Origin: Eledone cirrhosa
Taxonomy: Eukaryota
DNA: 64,000 nucleotides
Direction of reading: 5' to 3'
Assembly (NCBI GenBank): GCA_964016885.1
Contig: OZ024765.1
Span: 14,012,001 to 14,076,000, forward strand
Numbering within the stretch: the first letter of the stretch is position 1; every line of letters starts with the position of its first letter. This document shows, in pieces, positions 1 to 12,709 of this stretch. The notes under the pieces were generated by a model, which made no database searches, was not told the origin of the DNA, and saw only the letters and a list, made by a program, of their open reading frames with translations. Both the position numbers and the translations under genes were made by a program.

Positions 1-1235
1 ATTATGTGAGATAATTATGTAAGATAAAGCCTTTGGCGTGAAAATACAATAGTAAATATAAAGTAATGCAAATGCTAAAGGGTTAAAGATATGACAACCT
101 TGCTAGTGCTGGTGATCTACATGGTAAATACACCCAGTACACTCTGTAAAGTGGTTAGTGATAGGAAGGGCATCCAGCCATATATAACTTGCTGATGATG
201 ATGATGATGATGATGATCGGTTAAATATACAATTAAAATTCCATTATAACGAATAAAATTATAACAAAATTTTCAGTATAACAAATTTTTTTTCAATCTT
301 TGAGGTAATAACAAATAAATGTTTGATTTTTTTTCGGTCAATCTCGTTATAAAGAATTTTTCGCTACAACGAATTTTTTTTTATATCCCAGGAATTTCGC
401 TATAACGGAATTTCTTTGTAGTAGAAGACACTTTCCAAAGATGCTATAGATTGGCTGGGAAGGTAACCCCTGACCACTCAACCATTTTTACACCTATGTT
501 TACATGTATATTATTCTCTCAAGGGCAGTAGATTGGCAGTAATCGGTAGAGCGTCGGACAACATGCTTTGCGGCATAGATTTATGGCCCTTTACATTCTG
601 AATTCAAATCCTGCTGATCTAAAGTACCAGTAATTTCCTTGGGTAGTTTAATCCATTTTCCCCTCCCCCAAAATTGTTGGCCTTGTGCCTAAATCAGAAA
701 CCATTATCGTTATTAAAGATAGGGTGGTGGATTAGCAGTATCGGTAGAGGGTCGGACGCCATGTTTTGCAGCAAAGAGTTGCGGCCCTTTATGGTCTCTC
801 AACTTTACAGAGTTCATAAAGTAAAGTACCAGTAATGCACAGGGGTAGTTTAATCGACTTTCCCCTCGTTCAAAATGGCTGACCTTGTGCCTAAATCACA
901 AACCATTATTACATAAGTATATTATTTATATGTTCATACACCTTTTTATTACAATCATTTACCAATGACCTATTATCAACAATTCACCCTAAAATTAGTT
1001 ATACCTTCTTTCACAGATGTTGAAGTTCCCAGTGTTATCGAAACAAATTTATTTGTGTCAAGATTCAAGGTTGATTGTAACTTTTTTAATAAATTTATTT
1101 TTCACTTTTTATTTTTATTTCTCGTGGTCTTTATTTTGACAGTTTCTTATTGACATCTTAGACAATTATCTCTAATCTTATTAACTGTGTCTCTTGAATC
1201 ACTCTGCAATATTATTTCAGTGATAAGAAAACCTC

Positions 1236-1241
1236 TATAAA
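1236..1241 (+). promoter_or_regulatory. Putative TATA box of pacifastin gene 1
   Basis: TATAAA 60 nt upstream of the signal-peptide ATG at 1296; gene 2 has the same layout. Confidence 0.55.
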
Positions 1242-1295
1242 TTGGTTGGGTAACATTAAAAGTCATCCATTTTTGGTTATTGTAAACTGGACATC

Positions 1296-1344
1296 ATGTT
1301 TAAGTTGGCTGTTCTCTGCTGTTTCTTCGTTGCTGCTTTTGCAG
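1296..1344 (+). CDS. Pacifastin-like gene 1, exon 1 (signal peptide MFKLAVLCCFFVAAFA)
   Basis: ATG, basic residue, hydrophobic core, AFA cleavage motif; strong donor CAG|GTAAGA in phase 1, matching all downstream exons. Confidence 0.8.
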
Positions 1345-1374
1345 GTAAGACACAACAGAATGATATTACTTCAT

Positions 1375-1760
1375 CATCATCATCATCATCTTCATTTTTA
1401 TGTCTATTTTTTCCACACTTGCATGGGTTGGATGGGTCCTTTTCAGCACAGTATCTCTCCACTCGTCACTTTCTTTTGTCATCTCCTCTTTGAGTCTCAG
1501 CGATTTGAGATCAGCTCTCACAACCTCTGCCCAGATCTTTCTTGGTTTACCTTTACTGCAACTTCCCTCCACTGGGATTTCCTGGCACCTCTTCAACCAG
1601 CGACTAACATCCATATGCATCACATATTCATACTCCATACCAACACAGTCTTCTCTCTTGCACACTACTTCAGGTTCCTCTTACACCCATTTTCTCCCTC
1701 AGTTCATCCAAACCCAGCCTTTCTCTCACATTTACATTGTACATTCAACAAAGCATGGTT
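1375..1760 (-). mobile_element. RTE-type LINE 3' fragment
   Basis: Minus-strand translation contains GKPRKIWAEVVRADLKSL...DEWR, resembling the RTE ORF C-terminus, followed by a (GAT)n tail. Confidence 0.6.
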
Positions 1761-1849
1761 GCATCATAGTTTAATATTCCTTTAATCCTATATTCCTTCA
1801 TTTATTTTAGTTTAGTTTATAGATTTTGACTTAATAATTCCCAAGTTAA

Positions 1850-2069
1850 CCCTTTAGCATTTACATTACTCTATATATACTATTATATTTTCACAGTAAA
1901 GGCTTTATCTTACATAATTATCTCAGATAATATCGAATTTATGAGATTTTGATATTATTTATTTTGAGAACAATACCTTAATGTTGAATGAGCAGCTGGT
2001 TACGACCGTTTTAAACAGAAAGAAGTGAAAGAATTCTGGCCAGATTCGGCTGGTTTAAATGCTAAAGGG
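1850..2069. mobile_element. piggyBac-like MITE
   Basis: TIR CCCTTTAGCATTT...AAATGCTAAAGGG flanked by TTAA at 1846-1849 and 2070-2073; many further copies in the window. Confidence 0.75.
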
Positions 2070-2269
2070 TTAATCCTATATTCCTTTGTTTATTTTGGTT
2101 TACTTTATAGATTTTGACTTAATCATTCTTAAGTTATGTCAGTTTATTTTCTGTTCTGTCATTTCTGATGTGTAAGGTAAACATCCCTGCAGATGTTATC
2201 AAGTTAGGAACGTATTTCACATTTTCACAGTCGGTAAAGTAGATGTGTTAATGAGGTCTTCTTCTTCTT

Positions 2270-2520
2270 CTTCTTGTTCACCCACTTATTCCTGAGAGGG
2301 TCTTGGGGGCAGAGTCCTCAAACAGTCCCTCCAGTGGGTCCTGTCAGAAGCAACCGTCTCCAACTGATCTGGCTGGATCCCCAAGCGAGACCAGCCGAGC
2401 TCATGGATGTTATCCAACCATCTTGCTCGGATTCTATCCCTGGGTCTCCTGCCAGTTGGTTTCACCCGTAAAATCTATCCAGTGATTCTTTCCTGAGACA
2501 TTCTAACCGTATGTCCACGA
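2270..2520 (-). mobile_element. Degraded non-LTR retrotransposon 3' fragment (RTE-like, second family)
   Basis: Minus strand reads ...RARWLDNIHELGWSRLGI...SDRTHWR..., ending in a (GAA)n tail. Confidence 0.45.
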
Positions 2521-2657
2521 GGTCTAGATATTAATTGAATATACAACAATATATATATATATATATGTATGTAAAAGGTAAACAGAAATAACAACACAAT
2601 CGGTACAGTATATGGAAGGTATATATTAGGTTAACGCTTGATATAGCAGGAAGAGGG

Positions 2658-2693
2658 TCTTAACATTTCAGACGCTAGTCCTTCATCAGAAGA
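2658..2693 (-). ncRNA. Minimal type I hammerhead ribozyme motif (Penelope-type, probably decayed)
   Basis: Minus strand: TCTT-CTGATGA-A-GGAC(TAGC)GTCT-GAAA-TG-T-T-AAGA; 4-bp stem I TCTT/AAGA; stem III looks like a CpG-decayed AACGTT palindrome. Confidence 0.45.
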
Positions 2694-2810
2694 AAGAATG
2701 AGAAATATAATAGATTGAGGGGACAGGCGGAATGGAATTGGAAAAAATGTCTTTAGATAAAAATAATAGGTCCATTCATGTTGACATCTCTTGCAACACA
2801 CACACATATG

Positions 2811-2859
<49 letters not shown>

Positions 2860-3989
2860 TTGAGATGGACACAGCAGTCAACGAGCTGCTACCAAGATGA
2901 AAACTACTATGAAATCCCACAATGAATTTTATACTTGAATTTTCAAATCTCAAATTTTAACTCTTCGTATTATTAATTTTTCTTAATATTAATCAACATT
3001 TGAAAAGATGGCTTTTGCAGACCCATCGAAACCAGTCATTTTTTATACCCTTTATTATTTCCTTATAAAATTATATGTTTTATCACAAAAAAGTATTCTG
3101 TCTCTTATATATTCCATGTGCCATTACCAACCTCAATTTTCTCTATAACCTTCGTTTTGTGTAGAAAATTACACTTTTCATATATATATATATATAGCGT
3201 GGAAGATGGACGTTAAACGATGATGATGATGATGATGATGATGATAGGAAAAAGTATGACCCCGACGGCAGAGCTGAAGCCGTTTCGACGGCTATTTCTT
3301 GAGTCCAGAAATAGTCGTTGAAACAGCTCTACTACCCTAAGTATTGAGTACTCTGGTGCGTCATGGTCCATCTGGTTCCTTACCACAATTCCTTTGTTAT
3401 ATATATATGTTCACACTTTGAATTTGCCTGCCAAAAACCCAGGGGTTATTTCCCTTGTTGGGGAAAAAGCACGTGACAGTGGAACAGTAACTGCTGCTAT
3501 TAGTAGCTGCCTACTGCTACACTTCACGCCGGTTTGAAGCAAAGAACGGAAACCTGTTGATAACGTGGGTCCGCGTTTCAGTCTTCAAATACCACAAACT
3601 TGCATATTGCGCAAATAGGATTGTTGATTTGGGATTCATAGAAACCTATCGGAGGTTTTGCATAATACCCCTCGGTATGGTCCAGGTTTGTTATCTAACC
3701 TGATTGTATTTTCGTGGCTTTGGTATATTATGGGGCTAGGCTCTCTTGCCGCAGTTTTCAATTTGTCATGCTATCTAACGTATGTTAATTACTCTAAGGT
3801 GTAGCCTATCGATTCATTAATACATCCTTATCGAGTGGTTTGTGCATGCCTAATTGATTCTCATTAGCTTAGCCACCACCATAACTTCGATTTTACTATA
3901 CTAACCTTCCATTTATATATATATATATATATGTATGTATATATACATATATATTTATATACATATACATATATTTATATATATATATA

Positions 3990-4352
3990 TCATCATCATC
4001 ATCATCATCATCAACGTTTAACGTCCGTGTTCCACGCTTGCATGGGTTTGGACGGGGGTTTTCCCACTTGAGGCAAGAGTGATTGTCTTGCTCGCATAGG
4101 ACTGTCTGGCGGGTTTTCTACAGCTGGATGCCCTTCCTAACACCAACCACATTTACAGTGTGGGGCTGGGAGGTTTTTACCGTGTTGCCTACACGGCCAC
4201 ATTACAGTGTGGACTGTCTGGCGGGTTTTCTACAGCTGGATGCCCTTCCTAACACCAACCACATTTACAATGTGGGGCTGGGAGGTTTTTAACGTGTTGC
4301 CTACACGGCCACATTATAGCGTGGACTGTGTGTTTTTTGTCGTGACACCTAC
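3990..4352 (-). mobile_element. RTE 3'-end fragment, inverted relative to the adjacent LINE
   Basis: Reverse complement of the RTE 3' UTR seen at ~6160-6410 and ~30120-30470, with a (GAT)n tail. Confidence 0.8.
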
Positions 4353-4547
4353 ATATATATATATATATATATATATATGAATGTATATATGGTGTATTTT
4401 GCAATACACTGTATGCTTAATTCAAAGCAATAGCGTAAGGTCTTCGAAATGCTTTTAATTAACCATACAGTGTATTGCAAAATACACTGTATATACATTC
4501 ATATATATATTGCAATTTCAGAAAACCAATTCTAATTTTATATATAT

Positions 4548-6408
4548 TAACTGCTACAAGGGTAAAGGAGATGCCCTAGATAGGAGTAACTATAGAGGCA
4601 TTAAATTAATCGACCAGGTCATGAAGATCACAGAAAAAGTAATAGCGCAACTAATCAGAGAGAGAATTGATCTAGATGAAATGCAGTTCGGGTTTGTGTC
4701 AGGCAAAAGTACCACAGACGCTCTTTTCATTGTACGACAACTACAGGAGAAGTACCTAGCTAAAAGTAAACCCCTATACTTAGCTTTTGTCGACTTGGAG
4801 ACAGCCTTCGACAGAGACCCCCATTCCATTATCTGGTGGGCTCTTAGAAAACTAGGTGTTGATGAATGGCTTGTGAGAGCTATACAAGCCATGTATAAAG
4901 AAACAGTCAGCAAGGTCAGAATTAACAACGAATATAGTGAAGAGTTTAGCATAAAAGTTGGTGTTCATCAGGGCTCCGTTCTTAGCCCCCTACTATTTAT
5001 TATTGCCCTTCAGGCTATAACAGTGGAGTTCGAGACCGGCTGCCCATGGGAACTCCTATACGCAGATAATCTAACGCTCATAGCTGAATCAATGGCCGAA
5101 CTAGAGAAGAAATTCCAAACATGGAAGCATGGCCTAGAATCAAAAGGCCTTAAAATTAACCTGTCTAAGACTAAAGTTCTAGTTTGTAGGAAGGAAAATA
5201 GGGCGCCGGTCCCATCCGGGAAATAGCCATGCTCAGTGTGTAGGAAAGGAGTAGGTAGAAACTCCATTTTATGTCCCACATGCAAAGTATGGGTGCATAA
5301 AAGATGTAGTGGGATCACAGGTAAGCTAACTAAGAACATAAATTTTACATGTGGCCAGTGCTCTGGTGCAATAAGTAGCAGCAAGTGCCCACAGAATACT
5401 AGCTCTTTCAATTGCACAGAGGGTTCTATAGAAATAGTGGACAGCTTCCGTTACCTGGGTAACAAAATCAGCAGTGGGGGAGGGTGCTCTGAAAGTACAG
5501 TAGCTAGAGTCAGAACTGGATGGAAAAAGTTCAGAGAGCTTATACCACTATTAGCCGCTAAAGGGTTCTCCCTAAAAAATGAAAGGCAGGCTGTATGATG
5601 CCTGCATACGAACAGCAATGTTGCATGGCAGTGAGACCTGGGCATTGTGTGCAGAGGATATACGCAGACTAGAGAGGAGCGAACCTTGCATGCTCTGCTG
5701 GATGTGTAATAGTAATATACGTGAACGGCAAAGCATTAACGAACTAAGGGAAAAATTAGAAATAAGAGGGATCAGATGTTGTTTACTCGAGAGAAGGCTA
5801 TGTTGGTATGGTCACGTGATGCGCATGAAAGACGGCAGCTGTATAAAAAAGTGCAGGGCAATAAAAATAGACGGTAGCCACGGAGTAGGCAGACCCAGAA
5901 AAACCTGGGACGACTTGATAAATTCCGACCTCACACACTTACACCTCTCCAAGACAATGTCACTGGACCAAGATCTTTGGCGCTACACAGTAATAGAGAA
6001 AACCCGCCTTACCTAAATACAAAGTAAAACCTACTACAGTCAGTAGGCACCTCTAACAAAATACACCCCGTCCCACTACCCCCACCCCATCCACACCACC
6101 CCTTTCAATGTAAAGTTATGTTGGTACCACAACATCCAGGCCGAAACAAATGAGGTCGTGTAGGTGTCACGACAAAAAAACACACAGTCCACGCTGTAAT
6201 GTGGCCGTGTAGGTAACACGGTAAAAACATCCCAGCCCCACACTGTAAATGTGGTTGGTGTTAGGAAGGGCATCCAGCCGTAGAAAACCCGCCAGACAGT
6301 CCTATGCGAGCAAGACAACCACTCTTGCCTCAAGTGGTAAAGCTCCCGTCCAAACCCATGCAGGCGTGGAATATGGACGTTAAACGATGATGATGATGAT
6401 GATGATGA
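4548..6408 (+). mobile_element. 5'-truncated, disrupted RTE-clade LINE
   Basis: RT motifs (QFGF, AFVDLETAFD, GVHQGSVLSP, YADN instead of YADD), stop at 5224-5226, frameshift near 5575; highly similar to the copy at 26633-30470. Confidence 0.92.
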
Positions 6409-6648
6409 TATTAGAAATGTAAGTTATCGCCGTATTTTGACTAAAGAAATTAAAGAAATTATTTAGCCTGATAGTGGAGTTAAGAACCCTCCGAGAAATG
6501 GAAAAAGATGAGTATTGACGTACATTGTCCCATGTACGTCAATACTCATCTTTTTCCATTTCTCCGAGGGTTCTTAACCCCGCTATCAGGCTAAATAATT
6601 TCTTTAATTTCTTTAGTCAAAATATGGCGATAACTTACATTTCTAATA
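6408..6648. repeat. Near-perfect foldback, ~115-bp arms
   Basis: TTAGAAATGTAAGTTATCGCC...GACGTACA / TGTACGTC...GGCGATAACTTACATTTCTAA. Confidence 0.85.
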
Positions 6649-6729
6649 ATTTCAAACCCACTCGCTGTTTCGAAAATATTCTTACATATATATATATATA
6701 TATAGATATACATATATATATATTTATAT

Positions 6730-7075
6730 GGAGGCACATGGCTTAGTGGTTAGAGCATTGGCCTTGCAATCGAAAGGTTGTGAGTTCAATTCTCAGACCG
6801 GGTGATGTGTTGTTTCCTTGAGCAAGACACTTTATTTCACATTGCTCCAGTTTACTCAGCTGTAGAAATGAGATGATAGGGACTGGGGTCCCTATCATTC
6901 CACTGCAAAGTGGTCGTGGAGGTGCCACGGCAAAAAAGCACCCAGCACTCACTGTAAATGAGGTTGGTGTTAGGAAGGGCATCCAGCTGTAGAAATCAAG
7001 CCAGAATCAGTTCCCGTCCCACCCTTGCAAGCAGGGAAAAGCGGACGTAAAATGAAATGATGATGAAATGAAATG
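6730..7075 (+). mobile_element. tRNA-derived SINE, family 2 (RTE-like 3' tail)
   Basis: A-box TGGCTTAGTGG, B-box-like GAGTTCAATTC, tail shares GGTGTTAGGAAGGGCATCCAGC with the RTE; copies at ~21569-21892 (+), 37835-38176 (-), 61205-61543 (-). Confidence 0.8.
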
Positions 7076-7297
7076 ATATATATGTATATAAATGTCCTTA
7101 GCCAGATGACTGGAACAGGTAAAAGAGTAAAAAGTATATATATATATATATATATACATATATAATTAGGTTCTCTGTCTTGTATATATTCCTTCACAGT
7201 AGCCAATTGTCTTTAAATGGCTTTATTGCCTTCCCCACAAAAAAAAATTTACATTTTTTTTTTATTACTGCATTTATTTTTATTTTTATTTAAACAG

Positions 7298-7429
7298 TTC
7301 CAACATGTGATTTCGAAGGAAAGACATACAAGAAAGGGCAGACTTTCATGAACAAGTGTAACGTCTGTTTTTGTGGAGATATTGGACTCTACTCTTGCAC
7401 CAAGAAGGCATGCCCCCCTACCGAATTAG
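7298..7429 (+). CDS. Gene 1 exon 2, pacifastin domain D1 (reactive loop CT-K-KAC)
   Basis: T-rich tract then AAACAG acceptor; 132 nt, phase 1/1; VPTCDFEGKTYKKGQTFMNKCNVCFCGDIGLYSCTKKACPPTEL fits C..CNxCxC..G..CTxxxC. Confidence 0.88.
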
Positions 7430-8034
7430 GTATTATAATCTTGTACTTGATCATCATCATCATCATCATCAGAGGTTCTCAAAGTGGGCGCTACATCACT
7501 CCTCTCCCAGGGGCATTGAGGAGGTCCAGGGAGCACTGGGGTCTAATTGGAGCAGTAGAAATGATATAATAGTACATTAAATATCAAATGATATATATTA
7601 TATATAAATATAGTAGAATAAAAAATATATAATATTTATTTATACATAGTATATATTATATTATTATATGATACGTCAACTAAAATCGTAACTGAGAACA
7701 TGCACAAAAATTGAAGAGACACTGTGTTACAATGTCTTCTGTAATCTGTAAAGTAATGCATGATACATTTAAAAAAGACGATATTATATATAAACTGCAT
7801 TAGGAGAAAATTAGAAATGGAAATATAAACCTAATATAAGGATGCAAGTATATGAAGGTTTATATAAGTGGTATAATATAGAGTCCGTTATATCATAACT
7901 GGAAGTATTGACATTTGAAAATTTTGAAAGAAGTGAAACTTGAAATAAGCAATAAAATTATTTATATTTAATCATAGAATTACGAAATTTAGTACACAAA
8001 TTATGTAATATTCATTCATTATTTATTCAAAGTA

Positions 8035-8225
8035 GGGCAGTGGATTGGCAGTATCGTTAGAGGGTCGGACGCCATGCTTTCCAGCATAGTTACGTCCCTT
8101 TATGATCTGAGTTCAAATCCCGCCGAGGTTGACTTTGCCTTTCATCCTTACGGGGTCGATAAAATAAAGTACCAGTAATGCACTGGATAATTGCTGGCCT
8201 TGTGCCTAAAGTAGAAACAATTATT
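8035..8225 (+). mobile_element. tRNA-derived SINE, family 1 (representative copy)
   Basis: GGATTGGCAGTATCG..GAGTTCAAATCCCGCCGAGG..CTTTCATCCTTACGGGGTCGATAAAATAAAGTACCAG; other copies at ~522-910, 19560-19715, 21177-21542, 23112-23298 (+) and 32195-32356, 39965-40342, 46205-46424 (-). Confidence 0.8.
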
Positions 8226-9041
8226 TATTCAAAGTAATCCAACTTATTTTACAAATGGGATAAAAAAAATATATTGAGGACGTAGTCCCACACTCCTCCC
8301 GCCGAGGTTAACTTTGCATTCCATCCTTATGGGGTCAATAAAATAAAGTACCAGTAATGCACTGGGTATTTGCTGGCCTTGTGCCAAAAGTAGAAACAAT
8401 TATATTATGATATATAAATTAACGATTTTATTTATTATATACTAGCAAAAGAGCTTGTCATTGTCGGGCATAACTTTCGCCACTGTAAAGACTTTACTCT
8501 AAAAATACAAATTTTGATAATGATCTGTTCACTAGTAAAAATACTATAAACATTTGAATTAACAAACCCATATTTAGATATTTTCTGCAAAATTGTTACA
8601 GGATGTTAAGAAATAATACTACAAATTTTCACAACAATATGTCCACCAGTAAAGATACTAGAAATATTTAGTACAAAACAACACTATGACTACATCACAT
8701 TAAATACTAAACTCTTTACTGTAATACTGTAAATTTTCACGACAATATGTCCACCAGTAAAGATACTATAAACATTTAGTACAAAACAACACTATGACTA
8801 CATCACATTAAATACTCTTTACTGTAATACTGTAAATTTTCACAACAGTATGTCCACCAGTAAAGATACAAAACAACACTATGACTACATCACATTAAAT
8901 ACTCTTTACTGTAATACTGTAAATTTTCACAACAATATGTCCACTAGGAAAGATACTATAAACTTTTAAATTAATAATTCATTTATTGTTTTTTTTGTTT
9001 CTTTCTTTAATTCTTTCTTCCCTTCCTTCCTTTCTTTGCAG

Positions 9042-9182
9042 CTGACCAAGAAGATGAAGTCGTCTGCAATCACAAAGGTCAGGTTCATAAAGTTGGGGAG
9101 GCATTTATGGATGAATGTAACACATGTCACTGTACAGAGAAAGGACTTGCTGTCTGTACCCAGATGATGTGTTTACCTAAAG
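9042..9182 (+). CDS. Gene 1 exon A1, pacifastin domain (CT-Q-MMC)
   Basis: Long polypyrimidine tract + TGCAG; AAG|GTACGT donor; 141 nt, phase 1/1; ADQEDEVVCNHKGQVHKVGEAFMDECNTCHCTEKGLAVCTQMMCLPK. Confidence 0.9.
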
Positions 9183-9217
9183 GTACGTATTGGGCTGTAG
9201 AGGGAAGGAGAGAGAAG

Positions 9218-9280
<63 letters not shown>

Positions 9281-9394
9281 GAAGAGATCTGAGAAGAAAT
9301 TATCTTTAAACTACTCCATAGCCTGATGGCTTGAAAGTTGAGTGAAACCTGTTAAAGGCACTGAAGAGTCAGCCATCAGATGCATTCTACATCT

Positions 9395-10005
<611 letters not shown>

Positions 10006-10079
10006 ATTGTATTCAGCTATGTAGAGAGAACATTTTTTTTATTTTATTAATTTGAATATGGCAAACCTGGAGGCGGTAG

Positions 10080-10514
10080 GGGCATATTGTCTATATGCTT
10101 CAGCTTCGGCTTGTACCCGTGGAAATACAGGTCTTCTGTATTACTGCATAACACCAGAGGTCTCGGTCCTGTGTCATCACCTTCGAGAGGGGCAATTAGG
10201 CAAGGTCAGCTTTTAACACCTCATTCCAGGTCTTCTTGGGTTTCGCCACTCCAAGGCTTCCATCAACTTTTAGTGCGCTGCACCTTTCTATGCAACTGTC
10301 ATCCTTCATATGCATCACATGTGCAACCAATGCAATCTCTTCTCCTGCACACAGCATTTGATTCCTCTTATGCTCAGTCTCTCTCTCAATTCATTTATAC
10401 TTTACCGTTTGCGTATATTACTATTACACATCCATCGAAGCATGCAAGCTTTGTTTCTTTCTAATCTATGCAAGTCTTCTGCACACAACGCCCAGGTCTC
10501 ACTACCATGTAACA
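10080..10514 (-). mobile_element. Antisense RTE fragment directly upstream of each B exon (repeated in all four units)
   Basis: Reverse complement encodes LHGSETWALCAEDLHRLERNKACMLRWMCNS..., homologous to the RTE ORF C-terminus. Confidence 0.8.
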
Positions 10515-10544
10515 TTCTAACATGTAATATATATTTATTGACAG

Positions 10545-10685
10545 GTAATTCTGAGGTATGCCACCATAAAGGAAAGGTTTACAAGGTCGGAGAATCTTTC
10601 AAAGATGACTGCAATACATGTTTCTGTGGATCAAACAATGTTATTGGATGTACATGGATGTTTTGTCCACCACATAGTACTGTAG
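10545..10685 (+). CDS. Gene 1 exon B1, pacifastin domain (CT-W-MFC)
   Basis: CTAAC branch-like motif, GACAG acceptor, TAG|GTAAGA donor; 141 nt; GNSEVCHHKGKVYKVGESFKDDCNTCFCGSNNVIGCTWMFCPPHSTV. Confidence 0.88.
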   Translation, partial: VILRYATIKERFTRSENLSKMTAIHVSVDQTMLLDVHGCFVHHIVL

Positions 10686-10845
10686 GTAAGATAACAACTT
10701 TGAATATCTTCATAGAATTTATCATGTCTCAGTTTTTTTTATATATTTTCTGTTATATTCAAATTGAATTGAAGTTACCCAAATTCTTCTTCTTCTTCTT
10801 CTTCTTCTTCTTCTTCTTCTTCTTCTTCTTCTTCTTCTTCTTCTT

Positions 10846-10876
<31 letters not shown>

Positions 10877-11157
10877 AAGTCAGCACTACGACTACATCAC
10901 ATTAAATATTAACGTCTTTACTGTAATACTGTAAATTCTCACAACAGTATGTCCACCAGTAAAGATACTATAAACATTTAGTACAAAACAACACTATGAC
11001 TACATCACATTAAATACTCTTTACTGTAATACTGTAAATTTTCACAACAATATGTCCACTAGGAAAGATACTATAAACTTTTAAATTAATAATTCATTTA
11101 TTGTTTTTTTTTGTTTCTTTCTTTAATTCTTTCTTCCCTTCCTTCCTTTCTTTGCAG

Positions 11158-11298
11158 CTGACCAAGAAGATGAAGTCGTCTGCAATCACAAAGGCCAGGT
11201 TCATAAAGTTGGGGAGGCATTTATGGATGAATGTAACACATGTCACTGTACAGAGAAAGGACTTGCTGTCTGTACCCAGATGATGTGTTTACCTAAAG
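11158..11298 (+). CDS. Gene 1 exon A2 (CT-Q-MMC)
   Basis: Same protein as A1 (one silent GGT>GGC change); splice sites intact. Confidence 0.88.
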
Positions 11299-11331
11299 GT
11301 ACGTATTGGGCTGTAGAGGGAAGGAGAGAGA

Positions 11332-11417
<86 letters not shown>

Positions 11418-11809
11418 GAGAGAAAGAGAGAGAAAGGGAGAGAGAGAGAAGAGATCTGAGAAGAAATTATCTTTAAACTACTCCATAGCCTGATGGCTTG
11501 AAAGTTGAGTGAAACCTGTTAAAGGCACTGAAGAGTCAGCCATCAGATGCATTCTACATCTTACATATATACACACACACACACATACACACATATATAT
11601 ATATATCTTCAAAATGCTTTTAATTAAGTATACAGTATATTACCAAATATACTATATATACATTCATGTATATATCGCTATTTCAGAGCACCAATTCTAA
11701 TTTTCAATTTTTGCTGGACCGGCAATCGCTCTGTATAATCAGTTCCTGATTATTACTGGAATTCTATACGAATCCAACATTTATAATTTTCAACAGACAA
11801 AGCGATTTC

Positions 11810-11855
11810 TAAGCTCTGATGATTACCAACAGTATGAAACAGATCTGTCAGCTTA
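11810..11855 (+). ncRNA. Type I hammerhead ribozyme motif, intronic, sense to gene 1 (copy 1)
   Basis: TAAGCT-CTGATGA-T-TAC(CAACA)GTA-T-GAA-ACAG(AT)CTGT-C-AGCTTA: intact core, 6-bp stem I, GUC cleavage triplet, palindromic stem III. Confidence 0.7.
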
Positions 11856-12634
11856 TCTCCCTTTGTTTGTTGAAAAAAGAAGTAAGTGACATTGTCACTA
11901 CATTAAAACAATACCGCAAGGTCTTCAAAATGCTTTTAATTAAGCATACAGTATATTGCCAAATATACTATATATACATTCATATATATATATATATATA
12001 TATAAAACATGAGAAGAAAGAGGAATACTGCGTGGTTGCACATGGGTTACATAAGATAAAATGAGTCCCTCGTCAGTGATTTGCCAACCATCATTGGATA
12101 TTACATCGCATTAAAAATCATATACCTCAGGTTGGTGCGAGTAATAACTAAAAGAAGCTATTGGGACAAGTGAATCGTGTAAAGCGAGTGAGACAAGTAA
12201 ACAACATAGAAGGATAAAAGCAAACCGAAGATAGGAAAAAACAAGCAACATGGTTGTCCGGTCAGCATAAGCTGGGTGGATTTCATGAGCGATCAAAATA
12301 CAGATTGTCCGACGTGAATGAGATGTGAGCAAGAAAGGACCCCACTCTAGCCAAACGGGAGGAAGTGAGAAGGGGAGAAACAGAGAGTGAGTGAGTGGAA
12401 GTGCGAGGAAGAGGTCAGTCGAGAGAAAGTGTAACTGACAGAGGGGGAGAAAGAAGGTGAGAGAAACAGAGAGAACGAGGGAGCAGTAAGAGAGAAACAG
12501 ACAAACGCAGCTGAGGTAAATAAGTATAAAATCATATATATATACATATATATATACATGTCTAAAAAACATATATATATACATATATATATACATGTCT
12601 AAAAAACATATATATATACATATATATATACATC

Positions 12635-12709
<75 letters not shown>

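Noticed and set aside
6730-6805. Possible tRNA-Cys(GCA) gene
   Set aside because: No proper acceptor stem, continues into a SINE body and tail, and the anticodon region varies among related heads
9320-9360. Hammerhead-like CTGATG...GAAAC after each A exon (similar partial motifs at ~33985, ~38600 and ~63570)
   Set aside because: Core nucleotides are missing or no stem I pairing is present; at most decayed relics
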